The translations under genes were made by a program, and so were the position numbers. Shown piece after piece: positions 38,876 to 51,958 of a stretch of DNA of 64,000 nt. The notes beneath the pieces were generated by a model. That model was given only the letters and a program-made list of their open reading frames with translations. It searched no databases and was not told the DNA's origin. Origin of the DNA: Leucoraja ocellata. Lineage: Eukaryota. The stretch covers positions 2,666,001 through 2,730,000 of the forward strand of contig JAWMAR010000079.1 of the NCBI GenBank assembly GCA_036785375.1, given 5' to 3'. The number at the start of each line of letters is the position of its first letter. Position 1 is the first letter of the stretch.

Positions 38876-41800
38876 TGACAGAATATTTTCCTTGATATCT
38901 GTAAGCTTACAGGTATGATATTCCATTTTGGCATTGGGTCATTTTTCTTGTACTTTTAATGTATATTTTTTCCGTTAAAAATAATATTATATGGTATATT
39001 TCCATAAATATCTCCATTAACTACTCTTTCTATAGAAACTACAATGCAAGAATTCACTGGTTTACTTCCTCAGTGGTGATAATGGCGTAGACCACAAAGG
39101 CTTCAGGTTTGACCACATTTCTGTGGTCAGTTAGCCAATCTCAAATGTGCATGTCCTATTTTGAAGAAAATTAGTAAAATATTTAAGGATGGGGATTCAG
39201 CCACAGTAAATCGATGGATATAAAGCACAGCAACTTGACACTTTTTTTTGTTCTAGTCCCAGTGAACCTGAATTATTGGATCATTATATTCACGAAGGAA
39301 TACTGGGAACACAGTATCATTGGTGAGATATCCTATATTCATTGCTTCTTTACTCTCTAGTATTCAATCACAACTAATTTCAAAACACTGAAACTGGAGT
39401 GAGCTATACGAGATGATGGAAGTAAGTTTGTGCTGGATTGCATTTCCAAGACACTGATAATAAGTCTTTGGTTGTCAGCGTTAAATATCCGTTGAATGAA
39501 GTGTCAGAATGGCTTAATACATTTTCATGCAAATTATGATTGGGTTGTTTCAGGATAAGCTTGATTGCTGTTCCTTCAATGGATGTAGTTAAAGCCATGT
39601 CCAGTATTGCTCCTTTATATGGATCCAAGGGGTCTCAGATTTGACTATTCCTATGTGGTCAGCTAATTCTAGCCATGCCATTAGTCGAGGAATTGATTTG
39701 GTGAATGAAGAACAGAGCAAATATTGAATGTTTTCTTGAACAAGCTGTGAATTAGGGTCAACTGAATGTATTAAACATTCTTATTAGACATGGAAATGAA
39801 AAGTTATGGAATTAAAGCTGGTAATTGTGGAGACAAAAATCAGCCAAAATGTAATTGCTAAGCAAAAGGCTTGGCCTCTGAATAACTTATACTAGTTCCA
39901 CAGTATTAAGGCAAACACAGGGTGATGACAGGACCAGACGTGACAGCAACTTGATAGTCATGGGCAAAAGCCCATGGATTGCTGTGTCCGTGTACATCAA
40001 TGTATTATCTAAAATACAACACCTCTGACAGCACTGCATTTGCTTTGCATTGTACTGTTAGCCTAAATTATGGGCTCAAATCTCAGTGTGAAGTAAAAGC
40101 GAGGACTCAAAACTTACGCAATTCCTTGCTGTGATGCACATATTTAAAAAGCAAACAAGAAGGCCAATCAGCCCTTCATATCTACTCTAGCATTCAATAA
40201 GATCATGGTTGATATTTCAGCTCAGCACACATTCTAGTATTATTCCCACATTCCTTGAATCTCTTAATATCTAAATTCTATTCTTGAATATACCCAACAA
40301 CTGAATCTCCAATACTGAGCAGCAAGTTCTAAAGATTTACTACCTTCAGAACTGAGAAATGTCATCCCCTCTCTGTCCTGAATCACCAACCTCTTATTTT
40401 GCAAGATTATAGACATTTCAATCACGAGAAATATCCTCTCTTTATTTACCCTGTTAAGTCCTTGAGTTTCATTTGCTTCAAGACGACCATTTTGAAAAGG
40501 TATATTTTTTAAGATTTCCAGTTTCCAAGTTTTATTAATAATAATGTCTTTTAAAATCACAAGAACATCTTGAATGATGTTACTATGCACTCAGAATCCA
40601 TGTGATCCTTTGGTGTTGAAGGGGTCTAAACTTTAATTAGAATTTGTATTTAAACAACATATTTAATGTGGAAAAATTATCTCAAGGCGCTTAATCCTAA
40701 ACTGTCCCGGATGATCAGGTTACAGCCGGCCTTCTGTGCTCTCTAGTTTAATAGTCATGATTGCTACAGAACCTTAAACTAAACAGCTGCTTAGTATTAC
40801 ACATTGCCTGGGTCAACTGTATTGGGTATCGGAGTTGAAATCATGTAACTGTAAATTAACGGAAAATGTAACTGCGGTTTGCCAAGAGATCAATGTCCAA
40901 TAAGGGCTACACAATCAAACCTGTCGCTCTGATTGAAAGTCTAAATTGCCTTTCAAAGATAAGGTGGTAATCAACATAGGTTTAACAGTCTTTCTTCTGA
41001 GTTCAATTACATGCTAATGACTTGTGCCAAGCAGAGATCTTTAAATACTATTCCTGATTAAATCTTATGTAAGTAATGAAAAATTACTTAAGCTAGACAA
41101 TCGATAGAACAGGGACCTTAATCACTATATTTCTGCTTTATATTTTCTGATCTTGTTGCATGAGAGACTTCCCCAAGTCCCAGTCACAATAATAAGGTTA
41201 ATAATTAAATGGAGTCATTTGAGCTTATTTATTTTTCTGGCTCATCGAGACATGGGCAATACTTTTAACATTTCAGAACGGAATCAGGCGATGGATGAAT
41301 GTTGTAATAACTAGCCAAGAACCAATATTATTTATTGTTAGCCCGAGATAATTTTCTGCAAAATTTATTATAGATTTGTGTACATAATAAAATTGAGACT
41401 GTGCACAGTGAACAATAAAGAAGGAAATAAAAAGGTTAACAATTCCCAAATGACAAAGAAAATTGCAGACTATCCTGCATTTGCCAAAATTCAGTTATAA
41501 AATCTGCTTTAAATAAGAACACCAAATGATCTGCCTCCTACACAATGCTTACATGGAGAAAGGGTATAGAACTAGCTTTTCATAGCCAGTTTTAAAGTGT
41601 GTAGACAAACCTGGCAGTCAATTTGCATTAAGCGATTCAATTAAATAATCTTTTGATAACTAAGATATTGCTCATGCTAGAAATCTGTAACAAAAACAGT
41701 GAGTGCTGTAGATACTCAACAGGCCAGGCAGCATCCATGGAAGGAAGAAACATTTATGGTTGATGATCTTTCAACAGAACTGGAGCTATGATTAAATAAG

Positions 41801-42189
41801 TAATGTTTAAGTTGCAGAGAGGAGAAGAATTGAATAGGACAAAGGAAATGCCTGTGCTAAGGTAGAGACCACGGTTATCCAAGTATCACTAAAGTATCGT
41901 TGAGGAAAATGAAATGTTAATTGTGGTTGATCTATCTGATGGTCTGTAAACTGAGGAAGTTGAATGAGGGCAGTAGAGAGAAAAAACATACAGTGGAAAA
42001 GTAAAGTGAAAAGGGGTTGTCAATTTCAAATCAGTTTTAAATACATAGATAATGCATGGCTTGCTGATTATCCTTAATAATCTTTGTTTTCATCTCAAAT
42101 AATAATTTGATACATTACTGTAATGCTGACAACCAATATTGTCCAGTGTATTGGTTGACGTTTCCTGCTTTTCTCTCAATTGTGCCGTT

Positions 42190-42462
42190 AGGGACAGTGC
42201 AGTAGCGCAGCTGGTAGATCCAGACCTCAGGTGCTGTCTGTGGTTTTCACGTTCTCCCAGTGACCATGTGGGCTTCCTCCAGTCTCCTTCTACATCGCAA
42301 AGATGTGTGGGCTTGTGGGTTAATTGGCCTCTGTAAATTATCCCAAGTGTATAGGGACTGGATGAAAAAGTGGGATAACATGGAATAAGTGTGAATGGAT
42401 AATTGATAGTCGGTGTGGACTCAGTGGGTTGAAGGGCCTGTTTCCATACTGTCTCTCTAAAC
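42190..42462 (+). mobile_element. HE1-like SINE
   Basis: SINE body and gaagggcctgtttcc...ctctaaac tail. Confidence 0.8.
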
Positions 42463-42614
42463 TCTTGTTCTGATACAGCTGGGTATCCTGTAAATGCAAC
42501 ACATTAGTAGATGATGTACCCGTTACTTTAGGTCCATTAACGGGCTTGTACCTGGGAGCTTTTGATTCAGAGTCAAGAATATAAAACCATTAAATCAATG
42601 GATTTATTTAAGCC

Positions 42615-43828
42615 ACGAGGGCCGATTCCATGGCTAAGATGCTGCTTAGTAACAATGCTACTGATTTTTGGAAAGAAGCAAGAGTTCTTAATGACTGCGA
42701 AACATCTCTACCATGCACTGTAGATGGAATCTCCAGAACAGCTAATGTCGCGGAGTTATGGCGGCAGCATTATAGTACTATATTCAACTGTGTCCAAAGT
42801 GATTTGTATAGGGTGGACAATATTGAGTGTAATGATTCAATGGTGATTATGTCACATGAGGTGTATCAAGCTATGAACAAGCTGTCCGACAACAAAGCAA
42901 GTGGCTTAAGGGCCTGTCCCCATTGGGCATCATTTGCGCGTCACACAGATGGCACACAAAGATTTTGTACATCCCAAAATCCTGGGGCGCCACGCGCGAC
43001 CGCGCATCACTGCCCACGTCACTAGGCACCATACGCGCATCACGTGTGCATTGTGACGCGTAAATGATGCGCAAATAACACCCAAGTGGGACAGGCTCTT
43101 TAGATCATATTTCTGCTCAACATCTTAAATAGGCCAGTATGAGGTTAGCTCCTCTCCTTGCTATTTGTTTTACTGGCTTTATGATTCATGGCTTGTTACC
43201 AGACTCAATGTTGTCTGTTCTGTTAGTGCCAGTCATTAAGGACAAAGCTGGTAATGTACGCAGCCTAAATAATTACAGGCCCATAGCTTTAGCCAGCATA
43301 CTATCAAAAGTCCTAGAAAGAATTCTGCTGGATAGACTAAATGAGTTTGTTAACTCTACAGATAACCAGTTTGGTTTTAAAGCTAAACATGACACTGACG
43401 TGTATATGCCTTAAAGAAAATTGTAAATAAATATAGAGGTAAAAACTCATCAATTCTTATGTGCTTTATTGATGCTTCTAAAGTCTTTGAACATGTTAAT
43501 CATAGAAAGTTGTTTGTTAAATTGAGTCAAAGGGGGTGCCTATATACATTGTGAGAATTCTGGCTTACTGGTATGCCCACTAGACTATGCAAATAAAATG
43601 AGGTAATAGGGTCTTAGCCCCATTTGGGGTTAGCAATGGTGTCAGATAAGGGGGAATTGGTATAGTTGTCTTGTTGTAGGTCACTGATTTTTTTAAATTC
43701 TTGATCTTAAAACCATGAATTGTGCTTTTGTATGAAATTTATTGTGCTTTTCTATGTCATTCATTCTATGTAATGTCTTGCCTTTTATCTGGACCTTGAG
43801 TCTGTAATAAAAAGTGAGTGAGTGAGTG
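42615..43828 (+). mobile_element. RTE-X-like LINE, internally deleted
   Basis: KASGLDHIS, VPVIKDK...NYRPIALASILSKVLE, DNQFGFK, FIDASK.F..VNH, NGVR.GG. Then jumps to a 3' UTR with AATAAA plus (GAGT)n. The clade call is from recall. Confidence 0.7.
42909..43099. mobile_element. PIF/Harbinger-type MITE inserted in the LINE RT
   Basis: TIRs AGGGCCTGTCCC / GGGACAGGCTCT, TTA at 42906-42908 and 43100-43102. Removing it restores GGC TTA GAT CAT (G-L-D-H). Confidence 0.88.
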
Positions 43829-45824
43829 GGCAAGTAAGATATAACAGGGGACATTTGTAACTTAACATGCTGGGCAGGAAACAACTAGGATTGTGAGGAT
43901 CGTGAGAGCTACATTTTATCAAATATTACTCTCCACTGATTTCAGAGTACTTTGCTGCTGATTCCAGTATTTTCCCCACTGGTTAGGTTAAACTTATCTG
44001 TAGAGTTCCTAATTCCGATTTCTATCTCAAAAATAAATTTAGCAGAAACGTTTTTATCTGCAAAGTCCATGGAATTCCAAACTCTGCCACAGTGAATGGA
44101 GTGTATAAGGTGAATAGCACTGACATGCTTACGAGTAAGCAGGATAGATCCTCGAGATGGAAGGGTTTGGAAGAATATGTTTTGGGCTTAGATGATGGAG
44201 AGTAGAGAAAGTTGGTGAAGAACATGAAATAACTACTTTGCCAAATAATCCATTTTAGGCTTTAAACAGAAAACACATGCAAATGTCAGTCGAGAATAGT
44301 GGGTTAAATGTGACGCCTCCATAGCTCTCCAATGCTGACAAGAGCTTATACATGAAAAGAGTAACTTGGGTGAGGGCAGTGGGAATCCAGTGTACAATGC
44401 ATCAGCATTTATCACCCAAGTCCAGGGGACAAGGAAACAGTTTATGTTCCTGTCTGCCCTTGTGGTGATCAGCCAACAGAACAGTTCACGGATCAAGCCT
44501 ATGACTTTCATGGTCCACCTGGCCGTAGTCAAATACAATTCTGCATTTGCTCACTAATGGAATGTTTTAAAATAGAATGGATTAACATGACACTTGGACT
44601 ATACTCAACCCATTCCGTCAATATACTGAAAAATCAGGCCCAGCATTAATATTCATAGAGCTTAGTGTCCTGTTCAATTACATTAATAAACAATGTTCAT
44701 TACGTGCTGAAACAGATAATTAAAGTTGTTGAAATATGCAATGGTTTTCTTTGCTGATATTTTCATCTTTGGTGCCCAAAGTATTTTGTCTTACTTAGAA
44801 GCATAAATCTGTGAAAAAGATGCGTCCATGACAATGTCCTACAAGATATCTTTCATACAGAAAAATCTGAGAAAAATGTGAAACATCAAGACACAGCAGG
44901 TTAGGCCAGTGCACCAAACAAAATTGGTTTGGCCTCTGCTAATGATTGGACTTGAATTTAAATGCTTCAGGGGTTATATAATTGTTTCTGCCACCCCTAT
45001 AAATATCTGAGTAACAATAAAATTAATGTGATTTTTCTTCCTAAATAATTTATGCTTTACAATGCATAAGTACCTCATGAATCACTAATCACAGAATTAA
45101 TACTTATCGTGGGATGCATTTTATTTCTGTCATTTTTAAATAGAACATTTGTAATTTTAATTATGTAGTTTTTCAGTAAATGATTAAAACAAAAGCAATA
45201 GTCTTATCATTTAAATAATTTCTTAAACCCTTTCGTGTTGAATGATCAGATTTTTTTTCTATTATTTTTCTAATATTTGCAGGAATGCACATATTTTAAA
45301 ATATTTTAAATGACAATGTTTTCAAAGCAACATCAATGCATCTTCATTAAATCCAATGGCAAATTCCTTCTTGGATGGATGTTATGTAGAACACAAAACT
45401 ATTGGTTGACAAGGATTGGTAATTACAATTTTATGTTTCTATCAACTATACGTTAAATGTCAGAAGCTGTTTTTCCCCTCCCAAAGAGAAGCTTGTGGTC
45501 TGTGAATTTAATGAGAACTCCTTACCATTTTCTTTTAAAATCTGATTTTGTTTTCTCCTAATACATTGTTGTTTTGCATGCAATATGGAATGTATATGTT
45601 GTAGTGTTGTAGGTATCTGAATATGTGGGACAGATGAGACGGAACAGAAGACATCTACTTCCTTCGTGCTCTTGTTATGCTTATAATGAAGCTTTTCCAT
45701 TGGTAAGCCGTCTGGACACAGTAACATTACCCCGTATAGATCCAGTAGTATTCCCATTCACAGTTGATTGACATGAAGTTTCACAAATAATATCAGAACT
45801 AGGTTTGATTACCAATTCTTGGGG

Positions 45825-46100
45825 CAGAATAAGGCCATTCGGCCCATCAAGTCTACTCACCTCTCAAAATCATTTTCCTGCCTTTGCCCCACAACCCTTA
45901 CACCCTTAGCAATCAAGAATTGTCAATCTCTGCCTTAAAAATATACATTGACTTGGCCCTTACAGCCATCAGTGGCAATGAATTCTACAGATTCACATGA
46001 TGAAAGAAATTATTTCTTATTGCCATTCTAAAGGTACGTCTTAGACTCCCACTAGTAAAAACATCCTCGCCACATTCATTCTATCCAGGCCTTTCACTAT
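45825..46100 (-). mobile_element. CR1 3' end
   Basis: aggccattcggcccatc..., same family as 36250-36600. Confidence 0.75.
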
Positions 46101-47544
46101 TATGGTGTCTCTTGTTGTACAATAGTGAACTTAAATTTTCAAGGGAGAGTTATAATGAAGAGTTATCTTGCATGAGGTCAGAGATTGGAACAATTCAAAC
46201 TCTACACTTGACAAATGTCCTCCGGAAAAATAATTTGAGAAATGGTCCAAAAGAATGGAGAACTTGCCATTTAAGACAGGACGAATTTTTATTTTTTATT
46301 TTTTTAAATGTCTTTTTAGGTCTCCAGATAACAATAGATAATAACATTCAGTTTTGACAGGTGTACCAAACAAAACTATATTGCTAGTCCTAAAGCTTCG
46401 TTAACTGAAACAATTCTGTGTTATATATTCAATATACTTAACCTTGAGAAAATTACCTCAGTAAATTAGCTAATCCAGTTAGACCACACACTTTTTTTGG
46501 TAGATCAAATTACTGGACTAATTGGCTAAATGAGTTAAAAGTCAGACACATGTATACAGAGAATGGGGCAATTATAGAACATACATTAATTGTGTCTTAG
46601 TTTGGTTGTGGTAATACAGTCTGGTGACAGTGTTCAAATAGTCCGGGGCTGCAAGAACTACAAATATCACAAAATATTGAAAACAGCATTATGTTGCAAA
46701 GTAATTCCAAACCTCAAAGGAAATAACCTTCCCCAAACTCAAGCAGGTTTCAGTATCCACTACACAGACTCATCAATCAAAATGTTTTATTCTTGAGGAA
46801 TTTGGTTGCAAGGTCAAGGCTCCTTGTAACAGAACAGCAACGTATTTAAAAAGGGAAAAAAAAAGACAATATAAATCACGAACTAACATCAAGATGATGC
46901 CAGGTCTGGGTTTAAAAGTACATCCATACTTACAAGTTCTACATAGGTGACAAGTGCACTTTGCAAAACTTTAAACTGAGTGTAAATCAAGGCCGCTGTT
47001 GCCCGAATCCAGCTAAGTTTATCCCGTAACTGTGAACTGACAGCATTATGCCATGTAACTTTTGCATCTTTAAAAATGTGTTTGCAAGACAGAAAAGGAT
47101 AAAAGGGAGCACAGTTAAAGTCCCAAACTGAATAAAAACAAATAGTATTCTGTCAAAGCAGCACTGTTAAAAGCAGAGCAACATAATTCATATTTGAGGC
47201 ATTTTCCTAAAGCATTTGAAATGAAGGCTGGGAATTGTGTTCTTAGCATTTCAGTGAATGTATGGTAAATAAGGTATTACAAATTACATATTCTGAATGT
47301 TTCATTGAAGATAACTGAATCTCATTGTTTGTATCAAACGTTATGTAGTTCCTTGCAGCATACTAGCTATACGTAATGCATTTTAGTTATCACTAGTTAA
47401 TTCCACAATAAAGATGCAGAAACGACGTTGCATTTATTAAAGTCATGGAATGATGCATCCTAGAAGGACAATGCCCATCACGATGGCGTTGGTTCTTTGG
47501 TAAAGACAACCAATTAGCCACACTCTTCCGTTCTTTCACTAGGA

Positions 47545-48045
47545 GTTGAGTTTATTGTCATAGGCACAAGTTCACTTACAATGAAAATCTTTCTTGCAGC
47601 AGTATCATAGGCATACAAACTCACATGACACACAAAAACAAATTATACATAATTTATAAATTACTCAAATTCTGCAAGACAGGAACAAGAAAGAAAAACT
47701 ATGCAGAAAACAAGTACAAGACATCCGTCCAAAACATAATTAGATAAGATAAGAGCATTGTAGTACGATACTACTCGGTAATATTGGTAGAGTTCTGTTG
47801 CTGAGATAGGATTAGGGTTGTACGAGTCAGTTCAATAACCCTATAATTGTAGAAAAAAAAAGCTTTTCCTGAACCAGCTGTTGTAGGACTCCAGGCCTCT
47901 GTACTCTCTCTGAAAGCAGCAGTGGTGTGGGTCCTTGATGCTGCCTTCTTGAGCCAATGCCACATGTAGATTCTTTCATCTGTGGGTAAGCTTGTATCCA
48001 TAATGGAACAAGGTCTGGTCCATCACTCTCTGCACCCTCTTGGTA
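47545..48045 (-). mobile_element. Rex1/Babar-like 3' remnant
   Basis: Reverse tail tttattgtca...acaatgaaa and decayed ...WLKKAASRTH... region. Confidence 0.6.
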
Positions 48046-48049
48046 AAAA

Positions 48050-48495
48050 TTAATCAGGATGCTGCCTGGATTAGAGGCCATTAAATATAAAGTGAGATTG
48101 GATAAACTTGGATTGTTTTATGTGAAGCGAAGGTTGAGGGGGACCTGATGGAAGTCTATAAAATTATGAGAGGCATAGTTAGGGTTCACAGTCAGAATCA
48201 TTTTGCCCAGGGTGGAAATGTCAAGTATTAGAGGGTATAGCTGTAAGATAAGAGCAGGACAGATTAAAGTAGACATGCATGTTTTTGTTACACAGAATGG
48301 AAAGTGCCAGAAACATGCTGCCAGGGGTGGTGTTGAAAGCAAATATGATAGTGGCATTTAAAAGACTTTTAGAAAGGCACATGAAAGTGCAGGGAATGGC
48401 GGGATATGCAACATGTGCAGGCAAGAGGGATCCATTTAAATTGGCACGATGAGCAACGTAAGACCTGTTTGTGTGCTGTACTGTTCTACAGTCTA
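48050..48495 (+). mobile_element. CR1 3' end
   Basis: RRLRGDLMEVYKIMRG-like sequence and tail. Confidence 0.75.
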
Positions 48496-50974
48496 TGCCG
48501 GATAGTGTTCACTGGTAAATGGGAGGGTGGTGGAGAATTAAGTCATTCACTTTGGATAGATGCTAAATAAATCAGACATTTTATAAGTTCCCATTTTAGA
48601 TTTATTATTTTTCATCAGAACCAGGTTAAGTTAAAACTCAAACATTTTAAGTTGTGGAGAAGGGGGTGTGGTTCAGAGAGCAAAGGAATGCATCTTAAAG
48701 GGTGGGGATCAAGACAATGACAAGTGGTAAAGACGCTGGCTACGAGAAGTTGATGAGGACTTTTGAATCAGAGCTAGTATGCATGGTAATGGAAAAAAAT
48801 GGAGATGAATGAGAACTGAGGGGAGAAATTAAACAATGCTGAATATAAAACACAGCAAATTTTAGTTTGTCTGCATAGATCATTAAAAACTATAAAATAG
48901 ACCAAACATAATACTTTTTCCCCACAAAACTAAAAATAAGGAATATAGAGACCCAAGAAATGCAGATGCATGAAGGAAGATTAAAGGGTGATCTGATTGA
49001 GATATTTAAAATCATTCCAAAATTCAAATAGTTATTTCAGCTAAAGGGCAATCCAGCATAAGAGGGTATCATTTTAAAGTTAGGGGTACTGTAGCAAAGT
49101 GGTTTAGTCACTGATTAACATTCTGCTGTATTGAGCATTGACAAGAGTTGGAATCTCACCAAGGACTGGAGAAATTAAATTCAAGTAATTAAGGTGGAAT
49201 TAAAAGCTAGTATCAGTAATGGTCTTCATTAAACAATCAGCTTGTTGCAGAAGCCTATCTGGTCCAGTGAGACCACTGCTCCCTGAAAGCTGCTATACAA
49301 GTAGACAGGATGGTGAAGAAAGCATGCTGATTACCTGCCATTATCAGTCAGGGCAATGAGTATATTAACATTGGCAAGTCATGGTGCAGCTGTTTAAAAT
49401 TTCAGTTAGGTCACATTTGGAGCATTGTGTGCAGTTCTGGTTACCAAATTACTGTGAGGATGGCAAAGATACAGCTAGTTTATAGAACATGTTGGACAAA
49501 CTAGAAGTTTATAAAATTAAGAGAGGCATGGATAAGTATTTAGTCACGGTCTCCCCACTCCCACCCCTCCAAGGTGGAAATGTCAAATACAAGAGCGCAT
49601 ATTTATCCGAGATCGTTATGGCCTATTCCTGTGCCAAGATAGTACATCCTGTTAGCTTCGTTTGTAGACCTATTAATTAGGTAGATGAACAGAGTACAAA
49701 TCAAACTGGTTGGGTTGCCAGAAAGGTCCTAAAAACGATCTCAGGAAGGTGTTGCATGTTGTAAAGAAAATACTTTTGAATTGGAAACCATGGATGGTTC
49801 CAAGCAGAGTGTTTAAGTTTGTTGTATCAGGCCCAAAACAACATTCTAAATATTCAAGGATTTATACCAATCTATGCAAAGTTATTTGTGCCCTAAGTAC
49901 AACTATCCAGAATAGGGATTACTTGTACTGAGTTTTGTCCTACACAAAACAAATGCAGCATTTCATTCCAAATGCAGCCTGAGAGATCAGTGCAAAATAA
50001 AACAGGGATCCAATCTGATCTTAGTACTTCAAAAACACTCAAATTTCACTGTACCTTAATTGGTACATGTGACAATAAACTGATCTTGAAACCTTGAAAA
50101 TATGTATTCACAGAGCTTTCAAAATGAATAACATTCACAAAGGAAATATGGGTACTAGCTTCCTATCATCCTCAAAAACAAAATTTGGCGAATTGACTAA
50201 ATTGCATAAGGATGCATTGACAATATAGTGATGAATCTCTGTAAGATCCTCCTGGGTGTCTACCAAACATTTGTTAAAGTGTGACTGAAGCACAGAAAAA
50301 CAAAACATTAGTTCAGTGTTTCTTCAAGGATTCTGAAGCAATTCCAACAGAGTTACAGAGAATTATACTGAGAATTCATACCTTGCAGCAAATTCATTCT
50401 CAACCAATTTATGTATAAAGTGGCTTTTGCTACACAGTGGCATTAAGGCAATAGTGTAAATGCAAATACATTCAGGAAAGAATTAAGTTTCTCAATACTT
50501 CAAAAAAGAGCAAGGGAACAGCTTAGATAAGCAGTGCCTGTTTAAAACAATCATTATGTAAAATATTACCAGCTCCAACTAAAATGCAAATTGCAAAGAA
50601 TAGTTCCAATAGTGAAGTAATTTAAAAAGAAACACTAAGATTCCTAGTGATTAGTCTTTGATTGTAATTGTTATGTAAATTGCTCCTTGTGAGGTTTTCA
50701 CTTTTATTTCTTCCTGGGAGCAAAGGGGAGAGAAAACAACAATATTGCAATGTCTTTATCAGGCTTTATTAATGACAGCTGAATATTCTCTGGCACATTT
50801 CTTTCTTTTGTGGAACCTGGGATTAAAACTCTTTTCTGTGCTAGCCTCAAGGATTTCATTCAAAATATGGTTCGACAAAGCACTAAATGAAAATTTGTTT
50901 TATTAGTTTCCTAGTTAATATGAAGGAAGACCCTTCAAAATGCCTACAACCAAATATATGGATCTTACAGCATG

Positions 50975-51480
50975 TAATTCACCACTCAACTGGCCAGAAT
51001 GCTTCTACCATCTACAAATTAAAAAGTCAAGAATGATAGAATGTTCTTCACGTGCCTATTTGATTGTAGTTCCAACACCATCTAGGACAAAGCTGTCACC
51101 TTGACTGGCAGTCCTATTCGGCACTCTAAATTTTCACTCACTCATCACTACAGCACTATAACTAATATGTATTCGTGCACTGTCGCCATTGTGTAACCCA
51201 CCAAGGTTTATTTAACAACACCTCCTAAGTCCAAAGATCTCTACTGCCCAAGGACAAGTGCAGCAGAAACTGGGAAAATCACATTCATATCAAACACCAT
51301 CCTAACTTGGAAATACTGAGCCATTCTTTCTTCACTGTTGGATCCAAGTTCCAGAATTCCTACCCAGAAGCATATTGCAGGTACCTTCAACACAAGGCTG
51401 GTGGTGGTCCATCACCATCTGCTCAAGAATAATTGAATAGGCAATAAATAATGGGCTCAGAAATGTGTTCCAAGATGTAA
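50975..51480 (+). mobile_element. Old CR1-group LINE 3' remnant (distinct family)
   Basis: ctaccatctacaa...gtcaagaatgatagaatgttcttcacgtgcct (TIYKAQVRSxMEY-like), ending in ggcaataaat. Confidence 0.5.
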
Positions 51481-51749
51481 AGTAAATGCTTGGATGACAG
51501 ATTGATAGCTGCAGATAGGAGCTGAATATCCAAATTTCCCCCACAGATACCAATCTTGGTAAACATGTAAAAATCATTGGTTAGGTCTCAGCTAATGTAT
51601 CCAATGCAAGATTCTACATTTTAGAGGCATAATGCAGAACTCAGAGGATATACAGTATGCAGGACCATATAAAACGAGTTTAGGAGCAGTCTCTGCTGAA
51701 TGTCAACTGATCTAGTTTTAATTCCCATATTCATTTCACCCCATATTGA

Positions 51750-51958
51750 CTGTAAATTAGGCACAATTTACTGCGGGTAATTAACCTACCACCCTGCATG
51801 TGTAAAATGTGGGAGGAAACTGGAGCGCTCAAGGGAAATATGGTCACAGGGAGAATGTGCGAATTCTGCCCACGGACACTGTGAGAGGTCGGGATCAAAA
51901 CCAGGTAATTGGAACTGTGAAACAATGGCTCTACCAGCTGCACCACTGTGCCACCCAT
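51750..51958 (-). mobile_element. HE1-like SINE, diverged
   Basis: Reverse SINE body tgtgggaggaaactggag...gctgcaccactgtgcc. Confidence 0.75.

Noticed and set aside
42630-43414. Active reverse transcriptase gene
   Set aside because: MITE insertion, in-frame stops, frameshifts and deletion of the catalytic YADD region.
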